From Candidatus Omnitrophota bacterium (GTDB lineage: Bacteria > Omnitrophota > Gorgyraeia > B26-G9): 64,000 bases of DNA. Of this stretch, positions 26,485 through 36,134 are shown piece by piece. The DNA lies in NCBI GenBank assembly GCA_043805415.1, contig JAZDHZ010000033.1, positions 89,600 through 153,599 on the forward strand. Direction: 5' to 3'. A model generated the notes under the pieces. That model worked only from the letters and a program-made list of their open reading frames with translations, was not told where the DNA came from and did no database searches. Position 1 is the stretch's first letter, and every line of letters starts with the position of its first letter. The position numbers and the translations under genes are program-made.

Positions 26485-28128
26485 ATGAAAAGGATTTTTG
26501 CGATACTGATTATGTTGTGGCTGAATTTAGCTTTTTTGATGAGTATCCATCAACCTAGTTTTGTTTTTGCCCAAGCTCAGACAGAATATGCGATAGAGGA
26601 TGATTCAGCTGTTGCTGAGGCTGATGATAAAGGTTTGGTTTCTTTAGATTTTAAAGATGCTGATCTAAAAGATGTTTTAAAAGTTTTTTCTCAGCAGTCG
26701 GGTCTAAACTTTGTCGCGGCCAAAAACATAGAAGATAGAGCGATAACTCTGTATATGAATGATGTTTTAGTGGAAGATGCTTTAAAGACTTTGTTAGACG
26801 CGAATAATTTAGGGCTTGAGCAAAATCCAGGCAGTAATATTTTGATTGTCAACGCTAAGCCGACCCTGCCAATCCAAACCATCACTCGAGTTTATAAAGT
26901 TCGATATTATCATGGTAATGTTTCTCCGGGTACTTACCTTTTAACTGAAGGTAAAAATAAGGAAACTAGAGGATCTGGAGATTGGAAAGATATTATTAAG
27001 CCTTTATTGAGTGAGTTTGGGGTTGTGATTGATTATACGAATATCTTAATAATTACAGATGTGCCTGACCGATTTAAACTTATTGATCAAGTAATCAGCG
27101 AAATTGACCGTCCGATTCCTGAAGTAATGCTTGAGGTTGAATTAATTGAAACAACCTCTAATTTTCTGAAAAAAATTGGAATGGAGTGGAGTGAGCAAAT
27201 GATGACATTTTCCGGAGCTTCAACTATTACAGCTTTTCCATTTGTTACAGAAGGTCGCTCGCGTGCGGCTCCAGGTTTTACCACATTGATTACTCCCTTA
27301 GCTAAAGAAGGAGCTTTTTTTAGTTACGGGCTTTTAGATTCAAGTGTTATGCAGTGGACGATGAGGATGTTGCAGACTGATACCAATACAAAGTTTCTCT
27401 CAAAACCAAGAATTCTTGTCCAGGACCGAGAGTGGGCGGAAATTAAAGTAACAGCTGATCAAATTGTTTCCGTGCAATCAACTGTTGATAATGAAACCGG
27501 AGATGTTACAACAAAAGTTGAAAGAATGGAAGTTGGAACAATTTTACGCCTAGTTCCGATTATTAACGCGGAAGAGGGATTTGTTTCAATTCTTTTAGAA
27601 CCAAGTATTTCCCGTCCGGTTCAGTCAGTATTTAAATCTATTGATGATACTAATTTCGTTGATCCGCATTCAAGAAGTATGCGTACTGTAGTGATGTCGC
27701 GTGATGGAGAAACAATAGCAATCGGTGGTTTTATTACAACTGAAGATCAAGAAGTAAAGACTAAAGTGCCTTGGCTGGGAGATTTGCCGCTTCTCGGTAT
27801 GTTTTTCCGTCATACTTCAAATGACCGGGTGGATAAGGAATTGCTGATTTTTGTTACGCCAAGAATTGTAAATCCTTCTGAGAAAGTGGAAATGTGGATG
27901 AGTGATAGTTTTAACAAAGGAGTGCTTGAGCATGCTCAAGGCCGTGAACAATCCGCATCTGCGCCGACGCAAGATAATAATAAAGTTTTAGTAAAGAAAG
28001 GTGATTCTGAAGCGAAAGAAACATCTTTAAATGATATGCCTTTTAGAGAACAGGAAGAAACAATAGACAGTAGTATTGATTTAACTTTACAGAGTTCAAG
28101 TTTGACTACCGTTGATTTAATAAAATAG
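26485..28128 (+). CDS. pilQ: type IV pilus secretin PilQ; start refined to the Met after an AAGGAG RBS
   Basis: Signal peptide MKRIFAILIMLWLNLAFL. N0/secretin_N region (VSLDFKDADLKDVLKVFSQQSGLNFV). C-terminal secretin motif (GETIAIGGF...LLIFVTPRIV). Confidence 0.8.
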   Translation: MKRIFAILIMLWLNLAFLMSIHQPSFVFAQAQTEYAIEDDSAVAEADDKGLVSLDFKDADLKDVLKVFSQQSGLNFVAAKNIEDRAITLYMNDVLVEDALKTLLDANNLGLEQNPGSNILIVNAKPTLPIQTITRVYKVRYYHGNVSPGTYLLTEGKNKETRGSGDWKDIIKPLLSEFGVVIDYTNILIITDVPDRFKLIDQVISEIDRPIPEVMLEVELIETTSNFLKKIGMEWSEQMMTFSGASTITAFPFVTEGRSRAAPGFTTLITPLAKEGAFFSYGLLDSSVMQWTMRMLQTDTNTKFLSKPRILVQDREWAEIKVTADQIVSVQSTVDNETGDVTTKVERMEVGTILRLVPIINAEEGFVSILLEPSISRPVQSVFKSIDDTNFVDPHSRSMRTVVMSRDGETIAIGGFITTEDQEVKTKVPWLGDLPLLGMFFRHTSNDRVDKELLIFVTPRIVNPSEKVEMWMSDSFNKGVLEHAQGREQSASAPTQDNNKVLVKKGDSEAKETSLNDMPFREQEETIDSSIDLTLQSSSLTTVDLIK

Positions 28129-28150
28129 GTGTTTTTACACAGGTGAAATT

Positions 28151-29851
28151 ATGATTAAATCTAATTTGAAATTAGGTGATATTTTAATTAAACAAGGATT
28201 GCTCTCTGAAGAGCAATTGATTGCTGTTTTAGATGAACAAAAGGAATCAGGAGTTAAGCTGGGAGAAATTTTAATTCAAAAGAAATTTGTTTCGGAAAAA
28301 GATATAGCAGGTGCTCTTTCTAAACAAATGGGCATTTTATTCGCTTCAATTGAAAAAGGTTTATTGCGTCCGAACCTTCATCAGGAACTTGAAAAAATAA
28401 TTCCTGAGGACTACGCGATATATCATCGAACGATTCCGCTTTCGAGACATAGTAATAATATTACCATCGCAATGGTTGATCCATTGGATATTATGACCAT
28501 TGATGATGTTATGAAGATGGCTGGTTGTGATGTTAATGTTGTAGTAACGACCAGCAGTGATATGGACAAGGCAATCAATGACTTTTATAAAAGCAAGGAT
28601 ATGGAAAAGAAAAATATCCAGGAAAAGTTTATATTAATGGATGGGGATGAAGTAAGAGATCAAAGAGAGACTGATGTTCGCGATGTGGTTTCGGAAGCGG
28701 ATGCCGCGCCAGTTGTTAAGTTTGTTGATATTATCTTAAGTGACGCGATAGAACAGGGAGCATCGGATATTCATATTGAACATTATGAAGAAAGAGTAAG
28801 TTTAAGATACAGGATTGATGGGGTGCTTTATGACGCGAATGCTCCTGATATAAAAATGTATTTCGCGATTATTTCTCGGATTAAGATTTTAGCTAAAATG
28901 GATATTGCTGAGCGCCGCCTTCCTCAGGATGGCGGATTTTCGATTGCTTTTGGTGAAAAATTTATTGATGTCCGCGTTTCAAGTATTCCCGCGATATTTG
29001 GTGAAAAAATTGTTATGCGTTTATTAGATCAAGCAAAACTTCCTTTGGAATTTAAATATTTGGGTTTTGACGAGCAGGATTTAAAATTGCTGAGAAGGGA
29101 AATTTTTAAGCCATACGGGATGGTTTTTGTTACAGGTCCTACGGGATCAGGAAAATCCACGTCCCTTTATACGATGTTAAACGCGATAAAAAGTCCGCGT
29201 AAAAATATTATTACTTGTGAAGATCCTGTTGAATATAAACTCGATGGGATCAATCAGGTGCAGGTTAAGCCGCTTATTGGTCTAAATTTTGCCAATACCT
29301 TAAGAGCTTTTTTAAGACAAGATCCAGATGTTATTATGGTTGGAGAAGTCAGAGACTTAGAGACAGCTCAAATGTGTATTCGCGCCGCGTTAACGGGTCA
29401 CTTGGTTTTAAGTACTTTGCATACTAATGACGCGCCGACTGCTGTTACCAGAATTATGGATATTGGAATAGAACCTTTTTTACTAGTTTCCGCCTTAAGG
29501 CTTGTTGTTGCCCAGAGGTTGATCCGAAGGTTGTGTGAAAAGTGTAAGCAGCCTGTAGCTAATCCTGGAGTAAAGTATAAAGACTTAGATTTGGAAGGAA
29601 ATACTATTTATGAGTCTCAGGGTTGCGAGGAGTGTCGGTTTACTGGGTTTAAAGGCAGAATTGGAATATATGAGCTTTTGCCGATTAATGAGGAAGTTAG
29701 AAATATGATTTATTATCGTAAGTCCAGTGATGAAATTAGAAAAAGAGCAGAAGCTACCGGTATGCGCAGTTTATATCAATGCGGGATAGCGAAAATGAAG
29801 CAGGGGATTACAACGCTTGAAGAGGTAATTGCAGTTACAGTATCTGATTAA
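28151..29851 (+). CDS. pilB: type IV pilus assembly ATPase PilB (GspE family) with N-terminal T2SSE_N domain
   Basis: Walker A VTGPTGSGKST. Asp box, His box and the tetracysteine motif (CEKC...CEEC). Confidence 0.9.
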   Translation: MIKSNLKLGDILIKQGLLSEEQLIAVLDEQKESGVKLGEILIQKKFVSEKDIAGALSKQMGILFASIEKGLLRPNLHQELEKIIPEDYAIYHRTIPLSRHSNNITIAMVDPLDIMTIDDVMKMAGCDVNVVVTTSSDMDKAINDFYKSKDMEKKNIQEKFILMDGDEVRDQRETDVRDVVSEADAAPVVKFVDIILSDAIEQGASDIHIEHYEERVSLRYRIDGVLYDANAPDIKMYFAIISRIKILAKMDIAERRLPQDGGFSIAFGEKFIDVRVSSIPAIFGEKIVMRLLDQAKLPLEFKYLGFDEQDLKLLRREIFKPYGMVFVTGPTGSGKSTSLYTMLNAIKSPRKNIITCEDPVEYKLDGINQVQVKPLIGLNFANTLRAFLRQDPDVIMVGEVRDLETAQMCIRAALTGHLVLSTLHTNDAPTAVTRIMDIGIEPFLLVSALRLVVAQRLIRRLCEKCKQPVANPGVKYKDLDLEGNTIYESQGCEECRFTGFKGRIGIYELLPINEEVRNMIYYRKSSDEIRKRAEATGMRSLYQCGIAKMKQGITTLEEVIAVTVSD

Positions 29852-29856
29852 AATAT

Positions 29857-29895
29857 TTGTTAAAGCCAGCCTAAAGGCCTCTTATATGGTATAAT
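29857..29895 (+). promoter_or_regulatory. Possible internal promoter with a perfect extended -10 (TGGTATAAT) upstream of pilC
   Basis: tatggtataatat at about 29885-29897 in the 120-bp pilB-pilC spacer. Confidence 0.3.
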
Positions 29896-29972
29896 ATATT
29901 AAAGGCTAAAATCTCAAGTAGCTAAATAATTTGACTTTAGAGTAAAAAATTGTTCAGGAGATATTAACTAGA

Positions 29973-31208
29973 ATGCCGGATTTTTTATATAAAGCAAGAG
30001 ACTCTGATGGAAATCTAGTTCAGGGTACAATGATTGCTGAATCGGAGTCTGAAGTTATAGAAATTCTACAGCGCAGAGCCTTGCTTATTACATCAGTACA
30101 GGAAATAGTTGTAAAACAAAAAGCAAAAGGTTTTGGTTTTAAATTCGGAAAAAAAATTTCGCTTTCTAGCAGAGTTAAACTTGATGACTTGTGTATTTTC
30201 GCGAGACAACTTGGAACTTTGCTGAATGCTGGTGTGCCTTTGTTAAGAAGCCTTTCGGTATTAGCTAAACAGATCGGCAGTGCTCCTTTACGTGATGCGG
30301 TTGAGAAAATTAAGGAAGATATTCAGAGTGGAAGCACTTTACGTGATGCTTTAGATAAACATCCTAAAGTGTTTTCCTCTTTTTGGGTTAATTTAGTTGG
30401 AACTGGTGAAGCTTCTGGTCAATTGCCTTCAGTTCTTGAGCAAATCGCGCAGTATTTTGAAAGTTCTGGGGAATTGCAAAGAAAGATAGTTTCGGCATTA
30501 ACTTATCCGGCGATTCTAATGGTTGTTTGTTTAGGAGCAATTTTAGTTTTTGTTATGAAGATTGTACCTGTTTTTGCTGAAATGTTTGCAAGTTTTGGAA
30601 CCGCGCTTCCTCCAGCTACGCAATTTGTTGTAGACCTTAGTGCTTTTATGAGCAAGTTTGGTTTGCCTCTCTTGATTTTAACCCCAGTACTAATTTTTTT
30701 AATAAGAAAATTATTAAAAACTGATAAAGGCCGGTTCTATTTTGACCATTTTCGGCTAAAGATGCCTATTTTTGGGATACTTTTTAGAAATATTGCAATC
30801 GCGAATTTTGCCAGAGGCCTGGGAACAATGATATCTAGTGGTGTTCCTATTCTTTATGCTCTAGAAATTGTTACAAAAACTGTGGGCAATAGAGTTATTG
30901 AAGACGCGCTTGAAATGGTCAAAGACAGTGTACGTGATGGTAAGTCAATTGCTGAGCCGCTTGAACAATGCGGAATTTTTCCTCCAATGGTTGTGTTGAT
31001 GGTTAATGTCGGCGAAGAAACTGGTGAATTAGCTGATATGCTTAAACATGTCGCTATATTTTATGAGGAAAGAATATCAATGATGGTAGAGAGATTATCC
31101 GCGCTTATTGAGCCTTTTATGTTAGTTTTTATGGGCGGACTGGTAGGCTTTTTAGTTATTGCTATGTTTATGCCGATATTTAAATTAGCTACAGCGGTAA
31201 ATATGTAA
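29973..31208 (+). CDS. pilC: type IV pilus inner-membrane platform protein PilC (GspF family)
   Basis: Two GspF repeats, three TM segments, about 410 aa. Conserved GspF-type signature stretches. Confidence 0.9.
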   Translation: MPDFLYKARDSDGNLVQGTMIAESESEVIEILQRRALLITSVQEIVVKQKAKGFGFKFGKKISLSSRVKLDDLCIFARQLGTLLNAGVPLLRSLSVLAKQIGSAPLRDAVEKIKEDIQSGSTLRDALDKHPKVFSSFWVNLVGTGEASGQLPSVLEQIAQYFESSGELQRKIVSALTYPAILMVVCLGAILVFVMKIVPVFAEMFASFGTALPPATQFVVDLSAFMSKFGLPLLILTPVLIFLIRKLLKTDKGRFYFDHFRLKMPIFGILFRNIAIANFARGLGTMISSGVPILYALEIVTKTVGNRVIEDALEMVKDSVRDGKSIAEPLEQCGIFPPMVVLMVNVGEETGELADMLKHVAIFYEERISMMVERLSALIEPFMLVFMGGLVGFLVIAMFMPIFKLATAVNM

Positions 31209-31224
31209 TTCACAGGAGGATATT

Positions 31225-31617
31225 ATGAAGAAAAAAGCGTTTACCTTGATTGAATTAATGATAACGGTTATGATTATCGCTATTTTAGTGAGCATTGCTA
31301 TTCCGAATTACATTAATACTGTGGAAAGAGCACGCGCTCGCGAGGCAAGATCAACATTGGAATCCATGCTTGCTGCTGAACGGAGCTATGCTGCTGAGCG
31401 ACGTTCGTTTATTAGTCTGGGAGCAGCTACAACTACTGATTGGCAAGCAATTGGTTTGGAAAATCCGAATCTTAATACCAATAATTCCTGGACATATACC
31501 GGAACAGCAGCTGGGACTAATTTTACCGCGACCGCAACCCGGATTGACGGTCCATATGGTGGAGCTACTATTGATCTTGACCAGGATGGAGCAGAGACAG
31601 TTAGTACTTTTTATTAA
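31225..31617 (+). CDS. prepilin-type N-terminal cleavage/methylation domain protein (pilin or minor pilin)
   Basis: MKKKA|FTLIELMITVMIIAILVSIAIPNY class III signal. The same-strand overlapping ORF 31295-31687 is a frame artefact. Confidence 0.75.
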   Translation: MKKKAFTLIELMITVMIIAILVSIAIPNYINTVERARAREARSTLESMLAAERSYAAERRSFISLGAATTTDWQAIGLENPNLNTNNSWTYTGTAAGTNFTATATRIDGPYGGATIDLDQDGAETVSTFY

Positions 31618-32755
31618 TTGTTTTCAGGATAGCTTGAGCCGCGTTTTTGTTTACCTGTCCGGAGCCAAGTTTATGCTTAACGGCTAAAAGCTTTTGGGTT
31701 TGAGCCTGCTTAAACGCGGTATTTTTATTTAAAAAACGAATGGTACAAGACACAATATTATTTTTATTAGATTGTCCCTGAATAAACTCAGGGACAATTT
31801 TTTTTCTGGCAACAACATTAACTAATCCGATATAAGGCAGTTTGATCAGCAGTTTGGAAATAAACCAAGTAAAAAAGCTGGTTTTATAAGTAATCAGCAT
31901 GGGAATGCCGAGAATCGCGGTTTCTAAAGTAGCTGTACCGGAACAAACCCAGGCATATGAACAAATACTGATAAAATCATAACTATGATCAGTGATTATT
32001 TCAATCGCTAGATGTTTGTAATTATTAAGATAAGTTTCAATAGTTCCTGGTTTAATATTAGCTGCTTTGATTAAAACAAAGCGAACAGCAGGCATTTTTT
32101 GGTGTAATTTATCCGCGCTGGCCAGCATAACCGGCAATAATCTTTTTACTTCAATCTGCCGCGAACCAGGAAGCAGGGCAATAATTGTATCAGACGGGGT
32201 AATTCCTTTTGCTTTGATTAATTCCGCTTTATTCTCTGAGAGCACAACGCTTTCCATCAGGGGATGTCCGACAAATTCAGCATCAATTCCATGCTGATTA
32301 TACAGGGTTGCTTCAAAATCAAAAACAACCAGCATTTTATCCACGATTTTTTCAATTAGTTTAATCCGTTTTTTACCCCAGGCCCAAACCTGCGGGCTGA
32401 TATAATAAATTATTTTTACATCCGGAAACAAGTGTTTAACTTTTTTGGCCAAACGAAGATTGAAACCCGGATAATCAATAAGTATCAGAGCCTTGGGCTG
32501 TATTTGTTTTATTTTTTCTAAAGTTAAATCAAAAGCTTTTTTGAAGATTGAGTAATGTTTTAAAACCTCAATAAAGCCGATTACCGCGTATTGCGCCAGA
32601 TCAGTAAAAATTTCCACGCCGGCTTTTTCCATCAGCCTGCTGCCAATGCCGTAAATCCGCAACTCGGGATTAAGCGTCTTTAATTCTTTTACTAAAGCAG
32701 CGCCATGCATATCCGCAGATGGTTCTCCAGCTATAATGATTATTGAATTATTCAT
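31601..32755 (-). CDS. lpxB: lipid-A-disaccharide synthase
   Basis: N-terminus IIIIAGEPSADMHGAALVKELK. Length about 384 aa. GT19 fold pattern. Confidence 0.85.
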   Translation of the reverse strand: MNNSIIIIAGEPSADMHGAALVKELKTLNPELRIYGIGSRLMEKAGVEIFTDLAQYAVIGFIEVLKHYSIFKKAFDLTLEKIKQIQPKALILIDYPGFNLRLAKKVKHLFPDVKIIYYISPQVWAWGKKRIKLIEKIVDKMLVVFDFEATLYNQHGIDAEFVGHPLMESVVLSENKAELIKAKGITPSDTIIALLPGSRQIEVKRLLPVMLASADKLHQKMPAVRFVLIKAANIKPGTIETYLNNYKHLAIEIITDHSYDFISICSYAWVCSGTATLETAILGIPMLITYKTSFFTWFISKLLIKLPYIGLVNVVARKKIVPEFIQGQSNKNNIVSCTIRFLNKNTAFKQAQTQKLLAVKHKLGSGQVNKNAAQAILKTINKKY

Positions 32756-32818
32756 ATATTAGTATCAATGGCTTAGGGTTAAGGTTTTTATTCGCGCAAT
32801 TGTCTATAAACGCGGGGA

Positions 32819-33742
32819 TTAGTTTATTTTTTTACGAATTATTTTAGTTATTCTCAGGGCGATTTTTAGCGCTTTTTTCGCATCTTGCCCCTGCACAATA
32901 GGAGATTTTCCGGTTTTAATGCATTGGATAAAAGAATGAAGCTCTTCTACGAGCGGTTCTTTTTTTTCAACAAAAATTTCTTTCTTTGTAATTTTTTTAC
33001 CTGCTTTTTTATACATAACTATTTTTTGCAAAGCATAATCTAAACTTATGTATGAGTTTTTTTGAAAGATTCTTATTTTTCGCAGAACATCCTCGCTTAT
33101 CCGGCTTGAGGTCAGGTTGCAAACAGTTCCATTGGCAAATGTAAGCCGCACATTGGCAATATCTTCAAATGATGATATTGCTTTTACGCCAATTGCGTGA
33201 ATGCTTTTCAAAGGAGATTTAACTAAAGAAAGAACTATATCAATATCATGGATCATTAAATCCAGGATAACGCTGACATCAGTGCCGCGTAAAGGGTATG
33301 GGCTTAATCGATGGCATTCAATAAACTGGGGGTTTTTACAGAAACGCGACAGCATTTTAATTGCCGGATTAAAGCGCTCAACATGCCCGACTTGGAGAAG
33401 AACTTTGTTTTTTTTAGCTAATTTTATGAGTTTTTCCGCTTCTTGAATTTTCTTAGTGATTGGTTTCTCAACCATTACATGTATTTTATGTTGGAGAAAA
33501 TCAGCCGCAATTTTAAAATGCGAACTGGTCGGGGTAGCAATGCTTACAGCATCAGCTTGATCGAAAAGTTGTGTGTAGTCAGTATAGGCTGTTGTCGAGA
33601 AACTTTGGGCATGGGTTTTTGCTTTATCTAAATCTGTATCACAAATTCCGATCAGCTCGGCATCTTTACATTGTGCGTAAATGCGAGCGTGAATTTTTCC
33701 TAAATGGCCAGCTCCGATAACAGCAACTTTAATTTTTTTCAT
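32819..33742 (-). CDS. Gfo/Idh/MocA family NAD(P)-dependent oxidoreductase (UDP-GlcNAc 3-dehydrogenase GnnA-like is possible but unproven)
   Basis: Rossmann N-terminus KVAVIGAGHLGKIHARIY and the EKP motif (VMVEKPI). Co-directional with lpxB. Confidence 0.7.
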   Translation of the reverse strand: MKKIKVAVIGAGHLGKIHARIYAQCKDAELIGICDTDLDKAKTHAQSFSTTAYTDYTQLFDQADAVSIATPTSSHFKIAADFLQHKIHVMVEKPITKKIQEAEKLIKLAKKNKVLLQVGHVERFNPAIKMLSRFCKNPQFIECHRLSPYPLRGTDVSVILDLMIHDIDIVLSLVKSPLKSIHAIGVKAISSFEDIANVRLTFANGTVCNLTSSRISEDVLRKIRIFQKNSYISLDYALQKIVMYKKAGKKITKKEIFVEKKEPLVEELHSFIQCIKTGKSPIVQGQDAKKALKIALRITKIIRKKIN

Positions 33743-33972
33743 AATGTAATTAATTTAGCACATTTAAGAATATATTGTCAATCATTCTAATTTTATAAGG
33801 TTAAGTGCGGTCTAGAATCAATTATTTATGCTCATTCTCGCATTACATCCTGTAATGCTTCGAGGATAAATCTCTGATTTTGCCAGTCCTATCAAAATCA
33901 GGCTTTAAACCCGCCAAAATAATTATTCTAGCCCTTGAGTTTTAGGCTTTTCTGTTCGCTTTTTTCCGTCTT

Positions 33973-34008
33973 CTATTTTCTTGTGACATTGTGACATTGT
34001 GTCATTGT
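33973..34008. repeat. Four tandem copies of the octamer TTGTGACA (reverse complement GTCACAAT) in the divergent intergenic region
   Basis: ttgtgacattgtgacattgtgtcattgtgaca. Same octamer family as 6510-6541 and 22596-22630, in opposite orientation. Confidence 0.7.
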
Positions 34009-34065
34009 GACAAAGTATTCCAACAAAATATTGACCTTAATTTAGATTTATAGTATTCTAGGGCC

Positions 34066-34971
34066 ATGAAGAAAATCATAAAGAAAAAATTCGCCTCAGT
34101 ACTAAGTGTTGTCGGTCTACGGTTACTTGTGAGTACAATTAGATTTTTGCCCAGAGGGATTACGTATTCTTGCGGCAGCATTTTGAGTAGAATTTACTAT
34201 ATATGTGCTAGGAAAAACAGAAGAACTGCGCTAATGAATTTAGGTAGTGCTTTGGGTAGCGCATTTTCTTTATCAGAATTAAGTAGAATCGCAAAAGAGA
34301 GTTTTAATACTATGGGGCATATTGTTCTCGATACCGTAAGGTATAAGGATTTTTCTAAACAGCAATTAGAATCATCAATTGAAATCCAAGGTATTGAAAA
34401 TCTGGAACAGGCTTTAACCAAAGGCAAAGGGGTTATTGGGGCAAGCGCGCATTTAGGCAGTTTTACTTTAATGGGTGGGCGATTAACCGCTATGGGGCAT
34501 AAATCTACTTTTGTCGCCAGACACGCTCGGAATAAAAGAGTTGAAAAGATTATGATGGATTTTTGCCGTCAGGCGGGTCAAAAAGTTATATTTAACCGTC
34601 CCATAGTTACTTGCATGAGACGCTGTATGCAAGTTCTTGCCCGGAATAATGTATTGATAATTGAAATGGATCAAAATTTTGGTACTGAGGGACTTGAAGT
34701 TAATTTTTTTGGAAAAACAGCTATGGTTGCCAGCGGGCCGATAAAACTGGCTTTGAGTACACAAGCAGCAATAGTTCCGATGTTTATAATCAGAAAGCCG
34801 AATAATAATCATATTATTATAATTGAACCTCAGGTAAAATTTGATATTTCGGGGAATATAGCTACAGATGTAAAAGTCAATCTGCAGAAGACGATTGATA
34901 TTATTGAAAGATATATCCGCCAATACCCTGGTCAATGGGTTAACTGGATCCATAAACAGTGGGAAGTTTGA
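34066..34971 (+). CDS. lipid A biosynthesis (Kdo-dependent) late acyltransferase, LpxL/LpxM/HtrB family
   Basis: N-terminal TM, then an LPLAT fold with HLGSFTL (HX4-type) and a downstream acidic motif. Sits in the lipid A neighbourhood. Confidence 0.65.
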   Translation: MKKIIKKKFASVLSVVGLRLLVSTIRFLPRGITYSCGSILSRIYYICARKNRRTALMNLGSALGSAFSLSELSRIAKESFNTMGHIVLDTVRYKDFSKQQLESSIEIQGIENLEQALTKGKGVIGASAHLGSFTLMGGRLTAMGHKSTFVARHARNKRVEKIMMDFCRQAGQKVIFNRPIVTCMRRCMQVLARNNVLIIEMDQNFGTEGLEVNFFGKTAMVASGPIKLALSTQAAIVPMFIIRKPNNNHIIIIEPQVKFDISGNIATDVKVNLQKTIDIIERYIRQYPGQWVNWIHKQWEV

Positions 34972-35109
34972 TACATAGTCACGGCTTTGCTTGAACCAGA
35001 TATTTTGTTTAAGTCCGGCCGTGGCTTTTTATCTCTGAGTTTATATTGACATTTTGATAAGAAACATATAGAATATAAAGACATTAAAATTTAACTATTC
35101 GAAATAACG

Positions 35110-35994
35110 GTGAGGAAAATGAAGAAAAAAATAAGAATTGGATTACCCAAAGGCAGTTTACAGGAATCAACCCTGCGGATGCTTAAAAAGGCGGGATTTT
35201 CGATAACTGTTTCCAGTCGGTCATATTTTCCCAGAATTGATGATTCGGAGATAGAGGCAGTTCTTTTAAGAGCGCAGGAATTGCCAAGATATATTGAAAA
35301 TGGGGTTTTGGATTGTGGAATTACTGGTGCTGATTGGATTTTGGAAAATAACGCGAAAGTTATCGTGGCTGCTGATTTGATGTACGCGAAACAGGGAAAA
35401 ACTCCTGTGCGTTGGGTGCTTGCGGTGCCGGCTGATTCAAAAATTAAAAGTGTTAAAGATTTACAAGGTAAGCGTTTGGCTACAGAATTAGTTAATGTTA
35501 CCAAGCAATATCTTAAGAAAAATAAAGTTAAGGCTGATGTTGAATTTAGTTGGGGAGCTACTGAGGCCAAAGTTCCCGAACTAGTTGATGCTATAGTCGA
35601 ACTGACAGAAACCGGGTCGAGTTTACGGGCACATAATCTTAAAATAATTGATACTTTGTGTGAGAGTGTTACACAACTTATTGCCAATAAAACTTCTTGG
35701 AAAGATGATTGGAAACGGGAAAAGATTGAAAATATAGCAATGCTTTTAAAGGGAGCGATTTTGGCGGAAGATAAAGTTGGGTTAAAATTAAACGCCTGTG
35801 AGAAAAATCTGGATAAGATACTTGCTTTGCTGCCGGCGATGAGAAATCCAACCATATCGCATCTTTCCCGAAAAGATTGGTACGCGATTGAAATTATCGC
35901 TGATGAAAAAAATGTAAGAGATTTGATTCAAAAATTAAAAAAAGCTGGAGCGGAAGATATAATTGAATATAATTTGACTAAAGTAATACCTTAA
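35110..35994 (+). CDS. hisG: ATP phosphoribosyltransferase, long form (with C-terminal regulatory domain)
   Basis: Aligns along its full length with E. coli HisG ([64 protein letters not shown]). The antisense ORF 35091-35855 is an artefact. Confidence 0.8.
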   Translation: MRKMKKKIRIGLPKGSLQESTLRMLKKAGFSITVSSRSYFPRIDDSEIEAVLLRAQELPRYIENGVLDCGITGADWILENNAKVIVAADLMYAKQGKTPVRWVLAVPADSKIKSVKDLQGKRLATELVNVTKQYLKKNKVKADVEFSWGATEAKVPELVDAIVELTETGSSLRAHNLKIIDTLCESVTQLIANKTSWKDDWKREKIENIAMLLKGAILAEDKVGLKLNACEKNLDKILALLPAMRNPTISHLSRKDWYAIEIIADEKNVRDLIQKLKKAGAEDIIEYNLTKVIP

Positions 35995-36023
35995 GCAGAA
36001 GACACCTTGAAGGAGGAATTAGA

Positions 36024-36119
36024 ATGCCTTGCGGAAGAAAAAGAAAAAGAAAGAAAATATCTACTCATAAGAGAAAAAAGAGATTAAGAAGAGATAGACA
36101 TAAGAAAAAGAACTCATAA
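36024..36119 (+). CDS. 31-aa extremely basic micro-protein (MPCGRKRKRKKISTHKRKKRLRRDRHKKKNS) with a strong AGGAGG RBS
   Basis: A perfect SD sits 7 nt upstream of the ATG in an otherwise gene-free 140-bp spacer. 20/31 residues are Lys/Arg/His. Confidence 0.35.
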   Translation: MPCGRKRKRKKISTHKRKKRLRRDRHKKKNS

Positions 36120-36134
36120 AAGGCACATATTGTA

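Noticed and set aside
31295-31687. 130-aa + strand ORF overlapping the pilin-like gene in another frame
   Set aside because: The pilin frame has the canonical class III signal peptide. The alternate frame is featureless and has no RBS.
35091-35855. 254-aa minus-strand ORF overlapping hisG
   Set aside because: hisG on the + strand aligns to HisG over its whole length. The antisense ORF has no motifs and Ser/Leu-rich composition.
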